DNA of 44,480 nucleotides, the filler included, from Jimgerdemannia flammicorona (taxonomy: Eukaryota), in assembly GCA_003990765.1 (NCBI GenBank). It is 2 parts of 2 records of this genome, joined end to end, with 100 filler letters (N's around TTAATTAATTAA, not from the genome) between each part and the next. Parts side by side here need not be neighbours in the genome. Positions count along the whole stretch, not along the records: positions 22,297 to 44,480 come from RBNJ01001323.1; 1 more part is not named here. One strand, given 5' to 3'. This document shows positions 35,695 to 44,480 of the stretch, one piece after another. Both the position numbers and the translations under genes were made by a program. How positions within the stretch are numbered: position 1 is the stretch's first letter; the number at the start of each line of letters is the position of its first letter. The notes under the pieces are model-generated. The model was not told the DNA's origin, did not search any database, and was given only the letters and a program-made list of their open reading frames with translations.

Positions 35695-36183
35695 GACGGC
35701 TTTTTCCGCTTTAAGGGAAATTCTGTGGCTTGTCGTGTCCCATCTGAAATATGGGAACACGTTATTTCTTATTAGCCTATGCATAAGGGTGAATCGTGCA
35801 TAGGAATTTCTTCGCAGAACACTTCGGCGTAGTCACATCATTGTAGTGAACCTCGTCCCAATCTGTTTCCATCTGGACCAAGAAAACGGAAAACAGACGT
35901 TGCCCAAAATCTTCTCCGTTTGACATACGTCTACCACCATAAACTATCACGCATCGCCACGTCCACGCCCCGCATAAAAAAAAAAAAAAAAAAAGATGCA
36001 TTACAAAATCCAGCCTAAAACACGATCTTACTTTCCCTGCTCAATCTTCAACCGGTTTATTACTGTAAAGTGATCACACCAAACCGAATGACCGAGGCAA
36101 AGCAAAAAAGAAAGAAAGAAAAAAAAAACTTTGTGCGTCGCTCCATTCTACCACCAGACCCGATAGCACCACCGAATGTGCGC

Positions 36184-37353
36184 CTAGAACCCCTTACTGT
36201 ACGCGGGGTGGTCGGCATAGAATTTGTTGAGTTCGACGACAATGTTCTCGAGGGCTGAGAGCCAGGTGTCCATTTGGGCGCGGACGGTGTCATTGTCGCC
36301 GCCCAGCTTATCGTAGAAGACGGCACGGTAGGGGCAGGCTTTCATGGCGAGCTGAGCAACGAAAGGATTAGAGGTGTAAGTGTGGAGAGGCGATGATTAA
36401 GGAGTGATTTGGGGCATATTTGTAGATACATGCGCCTCGCTCCCAATGATTTCCCCCATCAGACTGCCCAACTCAGTAAGACCAGCTCCCTTCCACCATA
36501 CTCTCCAACACCTACCGTGAACACGGGCCGGATCATCATACCATGGAACTGCTTCAAGGTGCCCTCATATGCCTTGGTGAAGGAAACGGACAGCTCTTCG
36601 TTGGGATCGTCGAGGCTGCGGCGGAGCGCCAGCGCTGTGAAACCGAGGCCGCTGTTTGACGGATAGGGATAACAAAGAGAAAATAAGTGAGCGTCATGTT
36701 CTCGTCATATCTCTGCAGTACTGAGTTGAACTTTCCCCCTCCCTTTAACCTCCATTCCCTGTCCTTTCTTTTGTAAAAATTACAGTGCTATCCCTGTCCT
36801 TCCACATCAATCATACCCCACACTACTTACAACCCTATGCCTCTACATTCCTCTTTACAGTAAAAGCAAAGAAAACCGCACGTACCGGTTCAACCAGAGC
36901 AACCCTTGCGTGGCGATGCGCTTCTCCCCGCCCTGCTCGCCGGCGACGAGGTTCTGGAGGGTGTCGTTGCCAGTGGGGTTAATGAGGAAGCGTTCGCGGA
37001 TTTTCTGCAACCACGGAGGAAGGAGCGATTCCCGAGAGAGGGAGTGAGTTGGTTTATATTGGAACGCAAAGCTGCTAGAGTTCGTCCAGACAAGGAAACT
37101 TATAACACCTTGATGTTACCGTTCATGTCGCTCACGACAACGGTAAAGGCAGAGGAACCCAAGAGGTCTGAAAAAGGAGATGAGTGAGATACATGATGGA
37201 AAGTTCCCGATCTCTGCAACAAAGTCAATCCGTACCTAATAGCTTGACGAGATTCTCTGTGGCCTCGAGGAACTCGTCAGTGTCGATGCCATCCTTTGTG
37301 ATTGTGACATCGGCATAGGAGCGGGAGATTTCCTGGAAGAAAGTTGTTGCCAT
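36184..37353 (-). CDS. Glycolipid transfer protein (GLTP; HET-C2/het-c-like), copy 1, 5 exons, 199 aa
   Basis: Exons 37236-37353, 37109-37167, 36886-37004, 36516-36651 and 36184-36351. Motifs DMNGNIKK, ATQGLLWLNRGL, AYEGTLKQFHG and AMKACPYR. Confidence 0.92.
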
Positions 37354-38896
37354 TGTTGAAAGGAAGGACTTGAATGATGGGAAAGAAGGGTGAGAGGGGG
37401 TAGCTACGCGTCCATGGCAACAGGCAACCTCGACTTACCCCTTTCGATCCTGTGACATAAGGGCGTGATGTCATCCTCCCCCCCTATTGCCTCTTTTGCT
37501 GAGTTCAATTCCTTATTGGCATCCGCCATCATTGGTCGTTGTCATTAATGAAACGGTCTAGCTCTCTGGGGCTGCTCTTGGCAGCGGGTGCAAGCTCCGC
37601 ACGACAATTCGTACATACTAAATCTATGAGGCCATGACTCTGTTGGCCTTTTTTTTAAACATCCCGGACGCAGAGACACAACACGATTAGGTTTTGTTTT
37701 TTTGGATCAAAAGTGGGTATGATTTATTACAAACCATTAACCATTTTAAAATGTTTAGAAAAGTAAAACTTTTGAACAAATGATTCTGCTGTCACAGAAA
37801 ATAACCAAAAAAAAAAAAAAATGGAGATGCGATATGATACAATGATCTAGGAGATGCACAAGTTCTGCTTTCGGCCAAAAATCTCTATAGACACCGTCCA
37901 GGACAATCAGCACTTTAATCATTCTGACATCCTCGCTACGCTTCCTCTTCTGACGCAGCTCCTTGCCAGCCAGCTTGTCACTAACCCAATTGTGACCGGA
38001 AGCGACGACACTCGAAGGTGATGCCCGTCAGCTGGGGCGGGATACTGGAAGGTGACCGCGTATTTTGAGGATGGCTTCTCCTCGAAGATCGAAAGGGGTT
38101 GACGAAGGAATTATTTTTTTTTCTTATTTTATTTTATTTTTGTAATCTTGTCTAAAATGCACATCATTGCCTTTTGCTCCATTCCTTATAGGGAGGGTCA
38201 CCTCTAAAAAAATAAAAATAAAAAAATAGCAATTTTCGGATTTGGTAGCAGATCGCAACATGCGAGAGGGCGCCTCGCGAGCGTCAAGCTGACTTCCAAT
38301 TCCATGCATTCGATCTTGAATAGGAAAGAAAAATAAATTCCTCGTGACACTAATGACTCCGGACAGGTGACAGGAATATCGTGGCCATGCCTTGTTTCTC
38401 CATCTGAAAAAAAGTGACGACGTTGGTGCCGCCGATGTCGTATTCGGGAGCCGATGCTGTCCGGTGTCATGTGACAAGCTCGAAGGACTTCTCCATCGCA
38501 AAAGGCTGATGTTACTGGCGTGTTTTTTTTTTTTTTAATTGGTCGTAGTTTTACTTTGGTGCAATCAGCTCCACCCGTGTCGTTGCCCGTGCATTTCTAT
38601 TTGGCCTTTGTGGTTATACAGAAATTCTCAACTATCAAGATCCCACATTTGGTACTAAAAAAAAAACGTGCAAAGCCAAGGTGTATTAAGGCAGATTGAG
38701 CAAGCAAAGCTCGGTTTTCTTCTCTTTCCCAATTGCTCATTCCGTTTCTCCCCATCTTTCCCACAATTTTATGTCTCTCAATTTCCCTCCCACGCTCTCT
38801 TCCAACAGACGCATATCTTTCGCGACATAACCCGTATCGGTCAAATTCCTTTTCATAAAGTGGTCATCCACACGGCAGCCAGCCGGTACGACAAAC

Positions 38897-39999
38897 TTAC
38901 AATTCTGAAGATCGTTCAAATTGTTTGTTGAGGTCGGCGACAATGTGCTCGAGGGCTGAGAGCCAGCTGCCCATTTGGGCATGGACCTTCTTGTTGTTGC
39001 CGCCCAGCTTTTCGTAGAAGACGGCGCGGGGGGGGCAGGCTTGCATGGCGAGCTGGGCAACGAAAGGATTAGAGGTGTGAGTGTGAATATGAGGTGATTA
39101 AGGAGTGATTTGGGACATGTTTGTAGATACATACGCCTCGCTCCCAATGCTATCTCCAGACTGCCATGTACATACTCTTCTCTCATCCCCAACACCTACC
39201 ACGAATACGGGCCGGACAAATATGCTATGGAACTGACTCAAGGTGCCCTCATATGCCTTGACGAAGGAGACGGACAGCTCTTCGTTGGGATCATTGAGGT
39301 TGCGTCGGAGCGCCGTCGCTGTGAAACCGAGGCCACTATTTGACGGATGGGATAACAAAGAGAGAATAAAGTGAGCACCGCGTTCTCGGCGTATCTCTGC
39401 AGTCCTGAGATGAACCTTCCCCCTTTCTCCAACCTCCATCCCCCTGTCCTTCCACGTTCATCATACCCCATACTATTTACAACTTTATGCCTCTGAATTC
39501 CTCTTTACAGTAAAAAGCAAAGAAAATCGCACGTACCGGTTCAGCCAGAGCAACCCTTCCGTGGCGATGCGCTTCTTCTCGACCTTCTCGCCAGCGACGA
39601 GCTTCTGGAGGGTGTTGCTGCCAGTGGGGTTAATGAGGTAGCGCTCGCGGATTTTCTGCAACCACCGGAGGAAGGAGGGACGGGGAGTGAGTTAGTTATA
39701 TTGGAATGCGAAGTTGCTAGAGTTTGTGCGGACAAGAAACTTACAACACCTTGATGTTGCCGTTCATGTCGTTCACGACAATGGAAAAGGCGGAGGAGCC
39801 CAAGAGGTCTGAAAAGTTAAGGGGAGAGATGAGTGAGACACATGGTGAAAAGTCCTCGATTTCTGCAACAAAGCCAACTCGTACCGAATAGCTTGACGAG
39901 ATTCTCTGTGGCCTCGATGAACTGGGGAGTATCGATACCATTCTTTGTGATTTTAACGTCGGCATAGGAGCGGGAGATTTTCTCGAAGAAGGTTTGCAT
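38897..39999 (-). CDS. Glycolipid transfer protein (GLTP; HET-C2/het-c-like), copy 2, 5 exons, 194 aa
   Basis: Exons 39885-39999, 39750-39808, 39537-39655, 39200-39335 and 38897-39052. Intron positions are identical to copy 1 and the C-terminus differs. Confidence 0.88.
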
Positions 40000-40074
40000 T
40001 GTTGAAACAGAAGGTGAGAAGAGTAGTTACGTTACGCGTAATGGTCTCTCTTGGCTATTAATGGCTAACGTACA

Positions 40075-40106
40075 CGTGACATAACACAAACGTGACATAA
40101 CACAAA
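40075..40106 (+). promoter_or_regulatory. 16-bp direct repeat CGTGACATAACACAAA x2 upstream of GLTP copy 2
   Basis: Read directly. The GTGACATAA core also occurs upstream of GLTP copy 1 (about 37452). Confidence 0.35.
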
Positions 40107-40649
40107 CCAACAGACCTATGCAAGCAGCTCCTTTCTCCGCTACCATACCGGTCACAGGGTATTGGTGGGTGACTGTCTGGGTCCCTTTTCCCCTAACTTA
40201 ACACTTTCTACTCCAGTGTGGTTTGCTGTACCTGTTGCAGGGAAGGCATTAGTGATGTAGTGCCCCTTTATTAGTATCTGATCAGTGTTTCTATCACTTT
40301 TTCATAGTTTCTGATGCCTCTGGCTGCATCTGGGGTGCACCCATTTTGGCAAGGCTCCTTCTTCCTTTTGCTGTCATCAACAAGGTATCATCTCAGTGTC
40401 TCACAGACTATATAGAGAGTCAGCTGACCTTGGGTGTTAAGTACTAGTATAGATTGTTGATATCTGTAGTAAGATCTTCTGAGCTTTGACAAGCTTCCTG
40501 GCAAGTGCAGTTCTGGTATAGATGACTGTTTTTCAGATGGTGTCAAGATAGGAGGAGAGATGGTTGTTATAGATAGGTAAAAGGATGATTATAGTGAACT
40601 AATTAGATATTAGACTAGTAATAGCTATTAATCAGGTTGATGATCAGTG

Positions 40650-43600
40650 AGAGGAGAAGCTTAGAAGGATTGCGAGTGACCGGGCGCTTGTCTTGTGGAA
40701 CTCGAGGAAGGGACTAGAGAAGTGGCGTGCAGTCTGCTTGGATTACAGAGCGGATATGGAGGAGGTGGACAGGGTGGAGTGTCAGGAAATCTTGGGGGCA
40801 CTGGATGCTCGGGATATTGCGGAGGGTGAATTGGAAGCTGAGCAGCTCTTGGACTTGGTGAGGGATGAGATGAGCATGGAATTATAGGTTGAGGTCTCTT
40901 TTACAATTTCTATTCAATATGAACAGTACAACAAGAATATTTTCATTGAACATTAATGGGTTATATGGGGTGGCTAGGAGGAAGTACATCTTTGGTTGGC
41001 TTCGGGGTCTGGATGCGGACCTCTTCTTATTACAGGATGTTCGGTATGATGCAGATGTGGATTTCTAGGACTGGACTAAGGAATGGGGGGGTGCAGCAGT
41101 TTGGAGGGGGAAAGTGGGTATTCTTGTTTGGAAAGGGATGGGGGACATTGGGGACATTGGACATTGGGGGTCACGGGTGGTGTGGAGAGTATGGAAGAGG
41201 CCTGGATGGGGCTTGCTGACGGTTGGGTCTTGTTACTGCCCGGCTGAGAGAGGGGAGAGAGTGGATTGGATTCGCAGATTGAAAGGGGCTGGTTTGTTGG
41301 GAGAAGTTGAGTTAGACTGTATGGGAGGGGACTTCAACATGGTATGGGATAAGGAGTTGGACAGGACTGATGGAGGGCGAGGCATGCGAGGTGAAAGTGG
41401 TGGGTTGGCGGACTGGTTGGAGATGGAAAGGTTGTGTTCTTTAGTGGACTCAGGGAGACACTTTTGGGCTGATCGGCGGGTGTATACCCATTGGGCAGCA
41501 GGACTGGGCTCTAGGATTGACTGGGTTCTCACAGCAGAGTGTTGGGGAGCAGATGTCTGGACGGTGCTGGGAGTCGTATGGTGTCCATGGTCTGATCATT
41601 GGGGGTTGCTTGGAGGGGGGAGGTTTGGGGGAAATGAGGATGGGCCTGGACATTGGCGGCTAAACTCTTCCTTGTTGGAGGATAGGGCATTGTGGGAGGG
41701 TTGGGAAGCAGAGGTGGTTGGCAGTATCGGCAGGTGGTGGGATCAAGGACTGGCGATTGGGGACCGCTGGAGAAGGTTGAAGATGAAGGCTCAGGGGTAT
41801 TGGAGGGAAGCGGGGAAAGGGAAGTGTGCTCAGCAAAGGCGGCGGGTGACGTGGGCCTCGCGGCATTTGGCGGTGCTCATGGGGAGATGGGTGGGTGTAC
41901 TGGAGGATAGGGCCGAGACTGATTGGCATATTGCGAGGATCCAGCAGGAGGTAGAGGAGCTCAAAGGGGTGCTATGGAGGGAGGAAGAGGAGCAGTTGCA
42001 GGGGATGGTGGCCCGCTTGCACTGGCAGGGGCTAGAGGAAGGGGAGAGACCTACCAGATTCTTGTTGTGGTTGTTACAAGCACGACGAACGAGGCAGCGG
42101 TGGGAGGGAGTTTTGGATGAGAATGGCAAGCTGGTGGTGGGGACTTCGGCGATTTTGGGCCTATTGTGTTCCCAGTAGGGGAACCTTTGGAGTGAGGATG
42201 AAGGGGGACTGGATGCTCAGGACATTGACAGACAGCTGAAGGATTGGCACCCGGACCCTGCTATGGGACTTGGGGCAATGGGGGACCCAGTGAGTGGCGA
42301 GGAGATTTGCAAGGTGGTGGCCTCTATGAGTAAAGGGACGGCCCCGGGAGAAGATGGACTCCCCTGGGATTTTTGGCAGAAGATGACAGGGGTGCAGGAG
42401 GTACTAGAGGAAATGATAGCTATGTGCGATGAAGTTCTTCGGTCTGGTGCCTGGATTGGGGATCAGTGCTTGGGGCTGGTCTCATTGCTATATAAGAACA
42501 AGAGTAGGAGGGAGGATTGGAAGAACTGGCGGCCGATCATGCTTCTGGACATGGACCGCAAACTGGTGATGAAAATCTTGGTGTTACGGTTGCAAGGGAT
42601 TGCACAGCAAGTGCTTGGTTTGGAGCAATGTGGGTTTATCAGTGGTCGGTTGATTCGAGATGGGACGGCCTGGGTTCATGGAGTGATTGAAGGTATCCGG
42701 GCTACAGGGGTGGATGGCAGATTGGTGTTTCTGGACCAGGAGAAGGCTTATGATAGAGTGCGGAGAATTTGGCTGGAGGGAGTGCTGAAGCAGATTGATA
42801 TCCCCTCAGGGTTCCGAGGTTCATTGATCAGACTCTTGGAGGACAGTCAGGCGGTATTGGTCATCAATGACCACCGGGGGGTGACCTTCCCCCTGGGCCA
42901 TGGAGTGCCGCAAGGGGACCCCTTGTCACCCATATTGTATGCCCTTTCCCTAGAACCATTACTGGACAGGATTCGGTGGAAGATTGGAGGTTTGGATATT
43001 TTGGGGGTGAACTGGAAGGTGGGGGCCTTTGCCGATGATATGGTGGTCGGACTGGGTTCCTTGGGGGATGTTGGGGAGTTGCAGAGGATAGTGGAATGGT
43101 ATGAGCGGGGTTCTGGTGCTAAACTGAACTGGCACAAATGCGAGACGCTGGTGCTGGGTGCTGGAATTGTAGGAGGTGATGTTATTGGGATGGTAGTTCT
43201 GGCTGGTGAACCAGTGCGCTACTTGGGGATCTACTTCTCGGTGTTCGGATCTCTTCTTCCCCGGGCATGGTGGGACCGTAAACTGCTGGAGTGGGGCGAT
43301 GTCTTGATATGGTGGGGAGGTCAGCATATGTCCCTTGCCGGAAGGGTGATGGTGTTGAATGTGTACTGGATGCCGAAGCTGTGGTATGTTGGATATCATT
43401 TGGATTTCCCACTGTGGGTGGTTAAGGGGTTGTTGAAGATGGCGAGGTCATGGATTTGGGGAGGGCGGCGGAGCCAGGTTGGTTGGGAGGTGCTCACACT
43501 GCCCTTGGAAAGAGGCAGACTGAGCTTAGTGGACTTTACTAAGCGGCTTCTGTGTCTGAGGGCCTGGTGGCTAAGGAGGGCGAGTGAGCTTAGAGGTCGG

Positions 43601-44480
43601 GAGTGGGTGCCACTCATGCAGAGGTTGTGGGAGGTTCAATACTCCCCTCATGGTGGCTCTGGCGACCTGCTTGCAATGGTGGCCATGGATGGGAGCCGGA
43701 GGATGCAGTTTACAGGCTTTTGGTGGGGTGCGGTGGATAGAGCTAGGAAAATTGGCCTTCGGTGGCAAGGTGATGAGGCCGAGGAGGTTTGGGGACCGCA
43801 GATGTGGAGATGGGACAGACTTCTTTTGGGTGGTGTTCCGGTGGAGGACTTTCAGCTTGGTGAGGGTCTGGAGTGCCTGCGAGGCCTAGGTAGAGACCTG
43901 TGGCCTGAAGCCTGGCAGAGGGTTGGAATTGGAGAAGAGTGGGATTGGAATGGGCTCTGGCTTTGGAGCAAAAGGGTGAGGCAGTGGCTGCCCCCCAAGT
44001 TCTGGTTGGCATGGTGGCGGATCCTTCGGCGGAACGTGATGCTGAACTATCGATCTGGTCACTTAGTGGATGGTGGGGTATTCGAGTGTGAGGATTGCTT
44101 CAATGTTGGTCAGGAGGGAGGAGTGGTACAGATGCCTGAACATTGGCTTAGCGAGTGCGAGGTTTTGGGGGAGTTCTGGAGATGTATAATGGACAGGTTA
44201 GGGTTGGGGGCTGGGGGAGGAGAGGGAGGGGGGAGATGGGGAGAGCTTCGCCTGCGATTGGTGGGTGGGGTTGGGGATGAATGGCTGACACTTGGGTGGG
44301 CCTTGGCCATGTGGGTTGGGTTGGCGGGGCATTGGGTGCATGTATTTGAGGACGGGCGTCGGGTCGGGGTTGGTGAAAAGGTGATACAGTGGGAATGGTT
44401 GCTGTTGGACAATTTAAATAGCTGGTGGTGGGGTTGGGGTTTGGGTGGGGGGTACTGCAAGGGTTTGGTGCAGTGTATCT
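40650..44480 (+). mobile_element. L1-clade non-LTR retrotransposon (LINE), 3' end beyond the window
   Basis: Short ORF1-like tail ending at 40887, followed by an APE-RT-zinc-knuckle ORF2. Confidence 0.92.
40919..44480 (+). pseudogene. LINE ORF2 (APE endonuclease, reverse transcriptase, CCHC/zf-RVT) with two premature TAG codons
   Basis: One frame: IFSLNING, LLQD, GGDFN, SRIDW, SDH, PGEDG, WRPIMLL, LDQEKAYDRV, GVPQGDPLSP, FADD (43028-43039), RYLG, CEDC...H....C. Stops only at 41066 and 42176; 42179-44480 is open to the edge and absent from the ORF track. Confidence 0.9.

Noticed and set aside
41066..42178. TAG recoding or read-through in the LINE
   Set aside because: TAG is used as a normal stop in GLTP copy 1 and the array genes; two point mutations are sufficient
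41233..44460. Pro-rich minus-strand ORFs
   Set aside because: Antisense shadows of the G-rich LINE ORF2

Overview
Eukaryotic, intron-rich, transposon-laden DNA. The gene content (TKL-type kinases with an HGDLHPGN loop, BTB-SPRY, HET-C2-like GLTPs, an L1-like LINE and a chromoviral Ty3) suggests an early-diverging fungus, possibly Endogonales/Mucoromycota; this is an inference. An artificial 100-bp joint (44 N + TTAATTAATTAA + 44 N, 22197-22296) splits the window, so the two halves may not be adjacent. Left half: a head-to-tail array of about six ~2-2.6 kb units, each carrying a small intronless minus-strand gene for an unrecognised protein that starts MGNxxS (N-myristoylation motif). Two copies are intact and the rest are decayed. 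The array is disrupted by a Tc1 (DD34E) element, a 3.2-kb non-autonomous CMC/CACTA-like element that splits one gene copy, two internal inversions and a hypermutated Ty3/chromovirus relic. Right half: a CpG-decayed satellite, three disrupted copies of a kinase gene (two convergent), an intronless BTB-SPRY gene, a 6-exon NnrU/Z-ISO-like gene, two intact tandem GLTP/het-c-like genes and a G-rich L1-clade LINE running off the end of the window.
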